Positions 1 through 7,551 of a stretch of 37,747 nt of DNA are shown piece after piece. The DNA is from a virus (Duplodnaviria; Caudoviricetes), in the IMG/VR virus record IMGVR_UViG_3300009426_001061, positions 1-37,747 of that record. One strand, written 5' to 3'. The stretch's first letter is position 1; every line of letters begins with the position of its first letter. The notes beneath the pieces were generated by a model, which worked only from the letters and a program-made list of their open reading frames with translations, did no database searches and was not told the DNA's origin. The translations under genes were made by a program, and so were the position numbers.

Positions 1-123
1 AGCGAGATCAGAAACGTTATCGCCAGAGGAAACGTAAAGAGCGTCGTTAGCGAGATCAGAAACGTTATCGCCAGAGGAAACGTAAAGAGCGTCGTTAGCG
101 AGATCAGAAACGTTATCGCCAGA
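1..123. repeat. Perfect 48-bp tandem repeat (2 full copies plus 27 bp visible), coding
   Basis: Unit agcgagatcagaaacgttatcgccagaggaaacgtaaagagcgtcgtt at 1-48, 49-96 and partial 97-123; in frame with ORF 1..270. Confidence 0.97.
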
Positions 124-270
124 CTCCACATAAGTACCCTCAATCAAGGATAATCTTGATTGTGCATCGTTTGCATTATTATTAACCGTATTATTCAATT
201 CGTTAAGTTCTACAGCGGTTAATGTTTGACCTGTGCTTTTTTGTGGTATTGTTGTTGTGTTTTGAGCCAT
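1..270 (-). CDS. Putative virion fibre/surface protein, N-terminal part (runs off window; not in ORF track)
   Basis: Translated by hand from ATG at 270: MAQNTTTIPQKSTGQTLTAVELNELNNTVNNNANDAQSRLSLIEGTYVE then (SGDNVSDLANDALYVS)n, open to the window edge; N-terminus aligns with that of 824..2530. Confidence 0.8.
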   Translation of the reverse strand, partial: MAQNTTTIPQKSTGQTLTAVELNELNNTVNNNANDAQSRLSLIEGTYVESGDNVSDLANDALYVSSGDNVSDLANDALYVSSGDNVSDLA

Positions 271-322
271 TTTTTTTGATTAAATTGTTTGTTATTTTTA
301 CACTTGTATCTATATTTCGATG

Positions 323-473
323 TTAGAAATCATAATTTAACATAGTGAAATCTTTCTCATATAATTCAGCTATTCTTTTTTTAGCCTCGTCGTTTAGCTG
401 ATCATACCAGATACTGAGAAGCTTTGTTTTAGTTGGGTACAGCGTTTTTTGGTATGTGTAAAAATTGCATCAT
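323..473 (-). pseudogene. Internally deleted sulfotransferase (Sulfotransfer_2-like) remnant
   Basis: ATG at 473 (ATGA overlap with upstream stop) reads MMQFLHIPKNA, like the 5'-PSB motif; the +1 frame then reads ...WYDQLNDEAKKRIAELYEKDFTMLNYDF*, matching the C-termini of the intact sulfotransferases in this window. Confidence 0.75.
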
Positions 474-841
474 GGGTCTGGTTCTGGTTCTGAAACCGTC
501 GGTGAGCCTCCGTATATATCTGTATAGGTGCCTGTTGGAACACATGGGTCACCGTTCACAAGGTATGCTTCACCAATAGAAAACGCCGATGACCAGACAA
601 GGTTCCATTTTTCTCCATCATAGAATAACTGCTGAGTGTAGTAGTCCAAGTAGTCTGGCGGTGTGCCACCATAACTTTCAGAATAATCGCATGATGGAAA
701 CTCATTCCTTGTCATGCTGCTCGAAGCTGCGCCAATGATAGAAACCGTTTCTGGTACACAACAAGAGGAAGGTTCTGAAGGTTCTGAAGGTAAAAAAAAT
801 GTGTTAATAATACTCATTTTCTTTTAGTTGGGTATAGCGTT
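423..841. repeat. 24-bp imperfect direct repeat (22/24) at 423-446 and 818-841
   Basis: tttgttttagttgggtacagcgtt vs tttcttttagttgggtatagcgtt; both read NA[V/I]PN* on the minus strand. Confidence 0.8.
470..817 (-). CDS. Hypothetical acidic Pro/Ser/Cys-containing protein, probably virion-associated
   Basis: 115-aa ORF, co-oriented and tightly packed with neighbours; PSEPSEPS and EPEPDP linkers. Confidence 0.65.
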   Translation of the reverse strand: MSIINTFFLPSEPSEPSSCCVPETVSIIGAASSSMTRNEFPSCDYSESYGGTPPDYLDYYTQQLFYDGEKWNLVWSSAFSIGEAYLVNGDPCVPTGTYTDIYGGSPTVSEPEPDP

Positions 842-2530
842 AGGGTATTTTTCCCATTCAACGATGGTCAGATCTGCACCTGCAAAATTTTGAAATCCAG
901 CCGCATAGCCTAACGCTGATACGTCATTAACGTACATTGTCGTGGGTGATAAGTTAGTTAATCCATTCAATGCTAGCGAATCCCATGATTGTATGGCCGT
1001 GTCACAGTAAATAGTGGTAAACTTTGCAAACTGAAAAGCATTTTCGCCAATGGTTGTAACACTGTTTGGAATAGTTATGGACTCAAAATTATTACCTAAA
1101 AAAGCACCAACCTCAATAGTTTCAAGACTATTCCCAAGGACTATACTACTGAAATTACAAAACTTAAAAGAAGAACCCTTAATAGTTTTAAGATTATTTC
1201 CAAGTATTAACTTACCGTCATAGTTATTACAATTAAAAAAAGCACCGTTATCAATAGTTTCAACACTATTTGGAATTACTAAGTCACCAATTAAGCTAGT
1301 GCATCTTTGAAAAGCATTAGAGCCAATAGTTACAAGGCCCTCTTCAAGTTTCAATGAGGTAATTGCTGTGCAATACTCAAAAGCACTACTATTAATAGCT
1401 CTAACATTAGATGGAATTAATAACTCACCAGTTATATCAACATTGTACTCAAAAGCACGACTACCAATAGTTTCAACACTTTTGCCAATTTTTACATGAA
1501 TAATATCGTTAGATCCGCCAAAAGTTAACCTCTTCCAGTCAACTGGTATATCACCATTAACCTTGTCTGGATTATCGTAGTTAGTCTTATAAGTAACAGT
1601 GTCTTGACCTGCGCCACCTAAGATCCCCATTGATATTTTTATATCTGTACGTAGTTTTGATCCTCCTTCGTAAGAATCGGTGTCGGAAAGATTTTCAAAT
1701 GAAATTGCATCGCCAGCTTGAAAAATTCTTGGAACAAAGTCAATTTCATGTGGTATCCCAAGGATTGTGCTATATCCACTATCAGGTATTATGCCTGTTG
1801 TTTCTAATATACTTAAGCCGTTTCTTTTAACGTCTATTCCAATAGGACCTCCATCGGGAGGCACAGCAACCAAACTAACAGCGGAGTGAATCATTCCATC
1901 CTCTGGAGCTACCCAAACGTAAGAGCCAAGTCCTGCTTCTCCAGTTGCTCTTTCTCCAGTTGCCCAAACCAGCTCCAAACCTGCGTGTAAACCAGCTGCT
2001 CCGCTGGTTGAGGTGATACTGCCGACATCAAATGAAATTCTTTCTCCAGAATTAGCAATAATTGGGTCTGAGAAAGGTGTAGCTATAGCTGTGAGATTGC
2101 CTGAAGCTATTGTTCGATTAGTGAAAACTGTACCTGATTTCTTAATAGACACTTGAACATCCCCTCCAACAGGGGGTGTAGAAGCACCACAAGAAGCGTT
2201 GAAAATAGTTGCATCGTTTGGGAACATCCAAGAAACCTTTTCTCCGACTCCACTAAGGGTTTCTCCTTCGCTAGACATTTTGGTAATTAACCACTGTCTA
2301 TCTATGATGTCAATAGGATCACTCATGTCGGTAGCAACCCAATATTTACTAGCCTCTTCAAGTTTTTCATTGAAATCTTCACTTGAAAGATTGCTATTTA
2401 AAGCTGAAGCAATTCTTAGATGTACATCAGCCGCATTACCATTAATAGCTCTATTTAAACTATTGAATTCGTTAGCAGTGAATGTATCACCAGAGTCTTT
2501 TGATTTTATTGTCGTATTATTCTGAGCCAT
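824..2530 (-). CDS. Putative virion fibre/adhesin: MAQN N-terminal module, two beta-rich domains, C-terminal BspA-type (LRR_5) leucine-rich repeats
   Basis: About seven repeats of consensus L-x-I-P-x-S-V-x-x-I-G-x-x-A-F (nt ~1008-1498); internal duplication around PPVGGDVQVSIKKSG / PPDGGPIGIDVKRNG and SGERISFD / AGDAISFE. Confidence 0.8.
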   Translation of the reverse strand: MAQNNTTIKSKDSGDTFTANEFNSLNRAINGNAADVHLRIASALNSNLSSEDFNEKLEEASKYWVATDMSDPIDIIDRQWLITKMSSEGETLSGVGEKVSWMFPNDATIFNASCGASTPPVGGDVQVSIKKSGTVFTNRTIASGNLTAIATPFSDPIIANSGERISFDVGSITSTSGAAGLHAGLELVWATGERATGEAGLGSYVWVAPEDGMIHSAVSLVAVPPDGGPIGIDVKRNGLSILETTGIIPDSGYSTILGIPHEIDFVPRIFQAGDAISFENLSDTDSYEGGSKLRTDIKISMGILGGAGQDTVTYKTNYDNPDKVNGDIPVDWKRLTFGGSNDIIHVKIGKSVETIGSRAFEYNVDITGELLIPSNVRAINSSAFEYCTAITSLKLEEGLVTIGSNAFQRCTSLIGDLVIPNSVETIDNGAFFNCNNYDGKLILGNNLKTIKGSSFKFCNFSSIVLGNSLETIEVGAFLGNNFESITIPNSVTTIGENAFQFAKFTTIYCDTAIQSWDSLALNGLTNLSPTTMYVNDVSALGYAAGFQNFAGADLTIVEWEKYPNAIPN

Positions 2531-2546
2531 TTTTTTGTTTGTTGTG

Positions 2547-2834
2547 TTATTCTAATGTAATGAGGAAGTTATAAGGGAAGTCCTCTGCGTCTCCTAATAT
2601 AATAGGAAAGTTGAAAGGGAAGTTGTTTTCTGGAGAGTTCCAAATGCATTCATTATTCCACAGTTCGTTGTTGTTCCATAATGTATCGCAACATGTATCT
2701 TCTGGTTCTTTCCATAAGCAAGCATCATCCCACGCTACCGAATCCTTCCAAAACGTATCGCAGCAACCAAGTATTGCGGCAAAAGTACGAAATCTTTTGT
2801 AGATTGAGTTTCCAGTTATTCGTAGAAGCCTCAT
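2547..2834 (-). CDS. Small Trp/Cys-repeat protein of unknown function
   Basis: Two 24-aa repeats (CCDTxWxxxxxWxxxCxWxxPExx) and two FP[F/Y]NFxIxL motifs. Confidence 0.7.
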   Translation of the reverse strand: MRLLRITGNSIYKRFRTFAAILGCCDTFWKDSVAWDDACLWKEPEDTCCDTLWNNNELWNNECIWNSPENNFPFNFPIILGDAEDFPYNFLITLE

Positions 2835-2837
2835 TTG

Positions 2838-3086
2838 TTAAGTAGCATAATAAACAATAGCATCACCCGCTATTTCAATAGAAGACCACTCTCCAACGAT
2901 AACATCGCCAAGAGCGACGCTAGCACCTATAAAATTTGATATACTACCTACTGTTCCAGCGCCAATTATGCAATCATCAAGAGCATGAATAGCCATAAAT
3001 TTGCCAGTAACGGTACCATTAACAACTCTTTCGCCACCATAGTGGCCGACCTGCTTTAAAAGACTTGATTGTGTTGATGTTGACAT
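2838..3086 (-). CDS. Small beta-rich protein, possibly a capsid spike-base/decoration protein
   Basis: 82-aa Gly/Ile/Val-rich ORF, preceded by the same GTGTA-N9-ATG motif as tail gene L; the function is inference. Confidence 0.55.
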   Translation of the reverse strand: MSTSTQSSLLKQVGHYGGERVVNGTVTGKFMAIHALDDCIIGAGTVGSISNFIGASVALGDVIVGEWSSIEIAGDAIVYYAT

Positions 3087-3100
3087 AACAATACATACAC
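3084..3100 (-). promoter_or_regulatory. GTGTA-N9-ATG motif, candidate phage late promoter
   Basis: Minus strand GTGTA TGTATTGTT ATG; same spacing as at 4148-4164. Confidence 0.45.
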
Positions 3101-3111
3101 AAAAAACAAGG

Positions 3112-3363
3112 TCATGGCAAATATTTCAATGAGATTCTACCTACATTTTTGTTTGGGTCAGAAATAAAACCCTCCAATATTACGTGCCCATTTACAAACC
3201 TAACAAGTTTTAGCTCTAAAACATGAACAGAGTCGTCTTTAATCATGTTTATAAAGCAACGGTTTTTGGCAGCGAAATTAAAATCATTCGATTCAAAAAC
3301 ATCTCCGTCAAACTTTTTGTTAATTAAGCTTGTCCCTACAACTTTAAAGTTATATTTTTTCAT
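3112..3363 (-). CDS. Hypothetical protein
   Basis: 83-aa ORF overlapping the upstream gene by 14 nt. Confidence 0.65.
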   Translation of the reverse strand: MKKYNFKVVGTSLINKKFDGDVFESNDFNFAAKNRCFINMIKDDSVHVLELKLVRFVNGHVILEGFISDPNKNVGRISLKYLP

Positions 3364-3862
3364 ACTCCTCCTTTATTCTTTCTTTTCTGACTATTGCAAA
3401 GTTATCTTTATCTAAAAATTCTGCAGCTTTAACGTATCTTTTAATAAACTTTATAAAAGATAAACGTTTATTAATGCGCAATATTGACGAGCCGCAAAAA
3501 TCAAGACCAGAAACCTCTAATTGATGATTCCATATAGCATATGCGTTTTTTACCACCATCTCGGGGGGAAAAAAATTTAACCTATTGTTGAAAACAAAAT
3601 AAACATGAACATAATCTTTGCCTGTTTTGGGTTCTTTTTTTATAGAAGAAAAAGAAAAATATACATAATCGCCGTTATCGTCAACCGAGCAATGATTAAG
3701 TGTGCATTTTTTTTTTAAAAACTTAAGATAATAATCGCTATTGTCTCTTCTTCTAGAAATGGATTTGGAGCTAGAAATTTCCATTGGAGACGAATTAACA
3801 TAGTATTCTTCGAAGCAATTTCTAAAAACTGGATCATCAAAATCTATGTCAATGATTTTCAT
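3350..3862 (-). CDS. Hypothetical protein (possibly a degenerate GNAT-like fold)
   Basis: 170-aa ORF in a tightly overlapping string; the fold guess is from size and alpha/beta pattern only. Confidence 0.6.
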   Translation of the reverse strand: MKIIDIDFDDPVFRNCFEEYYVNSSPMEISSSKSISRRRDNSDYYLKFLKKKCTLNHCSVDDNGDYVYFSFSSIKKEPKTGKDYVHVYFVFNNRLNFFPPEMVVKNAYAIWNHQLEVSGLDFCGSSILRINKRLSFIKFIKRYVKAAEFLDKDNFAIVRKERIKEEYEKI

Positions 3863-4055
3863 TTTTTTTGTTTTTGGGATATATAATAGAAGACGAACTG
3901 GTTACCCCATTATTCTCTACAACGGCTTCATGGACTTCTCCTCCAGTTAAACTGGCGCAATCAATAGCCCACGAATAAGAACCTTCTAAACTAGATGAAT
4001 AGCTCTGCTGATACTTTCCCTTCCCGCTGTATACTCTGTAAATGATTTTTTGCAT
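3849..4055 (-). CDS. Hypothetical protein
   Basis: 68-aa ORF, first gene of the leftward unit, overlaps the next gene by 14 nt. Confidence 0.65.
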   Translation of the reverse strand: MQKIIYRVYSGKGKYQQSYSSSLEGSYSWAIDCASLTGGEVHEAVVENNGVTSSSSIIYPKNKKNENH

Positions 4056-4066
4056 GTTATTTGATG

Positions 4067-4120
4067 TTGAATATAAGGTTGTTCGATATAATATATTATA
4101 TCATTCGTTGATAATTTCTA
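4067..4120. promoter_or_regulatory. Divergent control region with a perfect 18-bp palindrome carrying TATAAT on both strands
   Basis: gatataatatattatatc at 4085-4102; minus strand reads TGaTATAAT (extended -10); TTGAAT at 4067-4072 (+) and TAGAAA at 4120-4115 (-). Confidence 0.55.
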
Positions 4121-4147
4121 AATTTTTTACTCAACAAAAGAACAAAT

Positions 4148-4164
4148 GTGTATTTAATATCATG
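4148..4164 (+). promoter_or_regulatory. GTGTA-N9-ATG motif, candidate phage late promoter
   Basis: GTGTA TTTAATATC ATG directly before the likely start of tail gene L. Confidence 0.45.
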
Positions 4165-5127
4165 GCAGAAGGAACTTTTAGTGTAACAAGAGAATTATTG
4201 AGCTTAGAGCCCACCGCAATGGTTGAGCTCTTTATAATAATACCGAACTCAAACTCAAATAGCACAAAGGATCATGTTTATATACATAACGGATCAGTTT
4301 ATGGAGGTAGTATAATTTTCAATAATAAAAAATACGAACCAGTGGCAATGGATTTCGATGGTTTTGAATCCAAAACGTCAGCCAGACCAAACAGACCCAC
4401 ACTAAAAATATCTAATAGACGTTATTTTGTTTCTGATATACTTCAGGGAGTGGCTGATGATCTTAGGGTTACAGAGGTTGTAAGAATTAAGACTTTTGTT
4501 AGATTTTTGGACGATGCAAATTTTGAAGGTAATACAAATCCTTTCGGCCCACAACCAAACGGTGGAGATTCTGTTGTCAATCAAAAATTTATAGTTTCTC
4601 AAAAACTATTAGAAAACAAAGAGTTTGTTCAGGTTGAATTAACAACACCTGTAGATGTTGACAGCAAAAGTATAAATCAGAGAAGAGTTTTTGCTAAATA
4701 TTGCCCTTTTGAATATAGAGGTAACGGGTGTAGGTATGCTGGGCCGCCCGTGAACCAAGAGAGCGGAAGACCTTTTTCCACCTCAGCGGGAGGCTTAATG
4801 GACCTGAGATTCACTACTCCGTCACCGCCATACTGGAATAGTCAAACAAATTATTCTGTTGGTAGTGTGGTTAGATTGAAAAGCGCAAGAAACAAGCTTT
4901 ATGACGATGAATTTATTGCTCCTAATCAAAGTTTAGATACTTTTTATGTAGCAAGAAAAACTAACGTTAATAAAAACCCAGCAGACGAAGAAAATAAGTG
5001 GGATAATTGGCAGAAAGATGGTTGCAATAAAACACTTGCATCTTGTAAGCTTAGGTTCCCCACAAACAATAAATTTGGCGGATTTCCAGGCACGGACGGC
5101 TTTCAATTTAGAAGAGGAGTAAGTTAA
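4162..5127 (+). CDS. Lambda gpL-like minor tail (tail tip) protein
   Basis: RPTLKISN, VRIKTFVRFLDDANF, CPFEYRGNGC and C-terminal DGCNKTLASCKLRF...FGGFPG (four Cys, Fe-S ligands in lambda gpL). Start moved from 4042 to ATG 4162 (MAEGTF). Confidence 0.92.
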   Translation: MAEGTFSVTRELLSLEPTAMVELFIIIPNSNSNSTKDHVYIHNGSVYGGSIIFNNKKYEPVAMDFDGFESKTSARPNRPTLKISNRRYFVSDILQGVADDLRVTEVVRIKTFVRFLDDANFEGNTNPFGPQPNGGDSVVNQKFIVSQKLLENKEFVQVELTTPVDVDSKSINQRRVFAKYCPFEYRGNGCRYAGPPVNQESGRPFSTSAGGLMDLRFTTPSPPYWNSQTNYSVGSVVRLKSARNKLYDDEFIAPNQSLDTFYVARKTNVNKNPADEENKWDNWQKDGCNKTLASCKLRFPTNNKFGGFPGTDGFQFRRGVS

Positions 5128-5128
5128 T

Positions 5129-5545
5129 ATGAATAAAGAAAAAGAAAATAAATTTTCATCTGAGAATATTGATCTTGTTTTACAAAAAATGAAGGAATGG
5201 TTCGAAAAAAAAGAATTCTTAGAGATATGTGGCCTTGTAGGTTTAGATGGTAACGGAGGATATGTCGTTAAAGAATGTAAAAACTTATCACAAGACCCTA
5301 CAAGCTCATTTATTTTAGATCCACTAGATTATTTGTTATTCAGTGAAGAATTTGAATTGTTATGTATTTATCATAATCATCCAAAAGGAGACGCAGAACC
5401 TTCACAAGCAGATGTTGAGGCTTCTGAAAATGCTTGTTTGCCGTTTTTGATTTACTCTAATCAAGAAAAAAAATATAAGCTTTACGAGCCAAAAACATCA
5501 GAAGTTAATTCTGATTTTATTAAAAAAATAAAAAAATTAGTATGA
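5129..5545 (+). CDS. Lambda gpK-like tail assembly protein, JAB/Mov34 metallopeptidase domain only
   Basis: EICGLV...YHNHP...PSQAD JAMM motif; position between L and I; too short to hold an NlpC/P60 domain. Confidence 0.9.
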   Translation: MNKEKENKFSSENIDLVLQKMKEWFEKKEFLEICGLVGLDGNGGYVVKECKNLSQDPTSSFILDPLDYLLFSEEFELLCIYHNHPKGDAEPSQADVEASENACLPFLIYSNQEKKYKLYEPKTSEVNSDFIKKIKKLV

Positions 5546-6144
5546 CTGAAATAAGACTACATGGTAAACTAGGAAGGGATTATGGCGATGTTTTTTATTA
5601 TGAAATATCGAAGCCAGAACACGCTATGCAAGCTATCGACGCGAACAATGAAGGTTTCTTAGACAATCTAATGAAGATGCACAAACAAAATATAAATTAT
5701 TGTTTGATAATAGATAAAAAACACATAAATAAAGATAATATAGCTAATATTGATAAGCCTCCCAAAACAATCGATGTCGTTCCTGTTATTTATGGAGGAG
5801 GATGGGGCGCTGTTGCTTCATTCCTTGTCAAGGTCCTAATAGCGGTAGCTATAACTTACGCTTTGTTTTTGCTTATAGACCCTGTACAACCAGAATCTGC
5901 AGAAATCGAAGCATCGACCAGGGGAGTGGATGAATCTTTTTTATTCTCTAATAAAGCTAATCTTGCACAACAGGGCACTAGTGTACCCTTAGGTTACGGT
6001 AGGCTTAGGGTAGGGTCTTCTGTTATAAACTTTACAAATAAAAACTTCCCTCAAACCACAAAAACCATAGAGTTAATGACACAAAATATTCAACCTGATG
6101 GAGTCTTGCAAGCAATAGATAAAAGCGAAAGCACTTATTATTAA
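5542..6144 (+). CDS. Lambda gpI-like tail assembly protein
   Basis: IRLHGKLGRDYG start, VVPVIYGGG, hydrophobic segment, SFLFS...NLAQQGTSVPLGYGRLRVGSSVI. Confidence 0.92.
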   Translation: MTEIRLHGKLGRDYGDVFYYEISKPEHAMQAIDANNEGFLDNLMKMHKQNINYCLIIDKKHINKDNIANIDKPPKTIDVVPVIYGGGWGAVASFLVKVLIAVAITYALFLLIDPVQPESAEIEASTRGVDESFLFSNKANLAQQGTSVPLGYGRLRVGSSVINFTNKNFPQTTKTIELMTQNIQPDGVLQAIDKSESTYY

Positions 6145-6150
6145 GCTAAA

Positions 6151-7551
6151 ATGATACACAAGAAGAAAAAAGAGAAAATGACGGGTTCTTCAAAGGGTGC
6201 GCCACCACCTCCAGATCCTCCACCACCAAGATTGAGGCCTCCTAAACTTGGTGGCTATAAGAGTTTCTCAAGTTATTCTATAGCGGAAACTATAGACCTT
6301 ATTTGTGACGGACCTATATTAGGTCTGGTAAATAAATTTGGAGCACTTCTAAATCCTTCTCAAATACTACAAGGTATATATTTAAATGATGTGCCAGTAC
6401 AAGAACCAACAATGTTTGGAATACAACCTTCTATAATTGGTTTAAATGTATCAGAATACAACCAAAAATTATATCAATCCTTAGAGAGAGACGGGTTTGA
6501 AGGCTTGGGTGTTAAAAGATCTTTTTCTATGAAGCCAGAGACTTATTACAAAGAATCTTTACAAAACACGAAAAAATTAAATCAAGAAAAACAAACTTCT
6601 TTTACTTTTACATTTAAAAAAATAGCAAGAGCTATAGAGTCTGGGGAATTGAAAGATCCAAGCGAAGATGGTTTTGAGTTACCAAATAACGAAAGAAGTG
6701 GAAAGTTTTTATTTGCAAAATTTATAGAAGATTCGAAAAATTCATCAGGAAAAATTATAAGATTGACAAATACTTACCCTGTAGAGTTTAATTTAAAAAA
6801 TAAATCTTATAGCAATCAATCGGTTGATATCGCAAACCCAATATATTCAATCAAAACAAAAAATAACAATTGTTCTATAGATCTAAGTTTCACCCCGCAG
6901 AACAAAAAATGCATATTGAATGAAGACTCTAGTTTTTTCAAGGGGGCGAAAGACATTCAAGAAACCTTGGTTTCTAAAAATAAAAAAGAAAAAGAAATTT
7001 TAAAGGACGTTCTATTTTATTCCCTGCAATCAGAATTGAATTATCAAGATGGTGAGCTAAACATTATTGAAGTAAATGTAATAAAAAACCTTCAAGATAT
7101 ATTAACCAAATTATATAACAACGACAATAAATTAGCTAATGTTTTTGGAAATACAAAGGATTGGATTAGCCCATATATATGTTTTTCTTACAACGGTTTA
7201 CTGGAAGGTTACGATAGCAAAATTCATAAAGATGTGTTTAAAGACAAAAAAGAAGACGACAAGTTATTTTTCGCCTTAGCTTCAGACTTAGAAAATATAA
7301 ATGAAATTAATCCACAATCGTTCAAGTCTTTACTCTACCCGTCTTTAGACGATTTAGGTAATTGGCGTGGTCATATTAAAGGTTTTTACTACATAAAACT
7401 AAACGAAGACAGTATTCTGGATCTAAATATAATTCAAAACTATAAGGAAACTAATATTGATTTTTATGCAGAACTTATGAATAAAAACGTAATTAATTTT
7501 CTAAAAGAAAACCTTCGTTTATCAATTTCAAAAAACGGTATTGAGTTATGA
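6151..7551 (+). CDS. N-terminal fragment of a gpJ-like tail tip protein fused to a ~380-aa unrelated region
   Basis: GSSKG...ETIDLICDGPILGLV...QGIYLNDVPVQ matches the first ~85 aa of gpJ-family proteins; the remainder is K/N/I-rich and unrecognised. Confidence 0.8.
   Translation: MIHKKKKEKMTGSSKGAPPPPDPPPPRLRPPKLGGYKSFSSYSIAETIDLICDGPILGLVNKFGALLNPSQILQGIYLNDVPVQEPTMFGIQPSIIGLNVSEYNQKLYQSLERDGFEGLGVKRSFSMKPETYYKESLQNTKKLNQEKQTSFTFTFKKIARAIESGELKDPSEDGFELPNNERSGKFLFAKFIEDSKNSSGKIIRLTNTYPVEFNLKNKSYSNQSVDIANPIYSIKTKNNNCSIDLSFTPQNKKCILNEDSSFFKGAKDIQETLVSKNKKEKEILKDVLFYSLQSELNYQDGELNIIEVNVIKNLQDILTKLYNNDNKLANVFGNTKDWISPYICFSYNGLLEGYDSKIHKDVFKDKKEDDKLFFALASDLENINEINPQSFKSLLYPSLDDLGNWRGHIKGFYYIKLNEDSILDLNIIQNYKETNIDFYAELMNKNVINFLKENLRLSISKNGIEL

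Noticed and set aside
1-123. 48-bp repeats as a CRISPR array
   Set aside because: No spacers; units are contiguous, a multiple of 3 and in an open frame.
824-2530. Diversity-generating retroelement target
   Set aside because: No reverse transcriptase and no template/variable repeat pair with adenine-specific mismatches was seen; short DNA repeats reflect the LRR units.
4042-4161. 40-aa N-terminal extension of gpL given in the ORF track
   Set aside because: It overlaps the divergent gene and the promoter region; ATG 4162 fits better. The tracked starts at 13502, 31751 and 35701 were shortened because they overlap the upstream gene.
7530-7551. A_AAA_AAC slippery heptamer as a programmed -1 frameshift fusing the two J ORFs
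   Set aside because: The -1 frame reads AAA AAA CGG TAT TGA and stops at 7542-7544, before ATG 7548.
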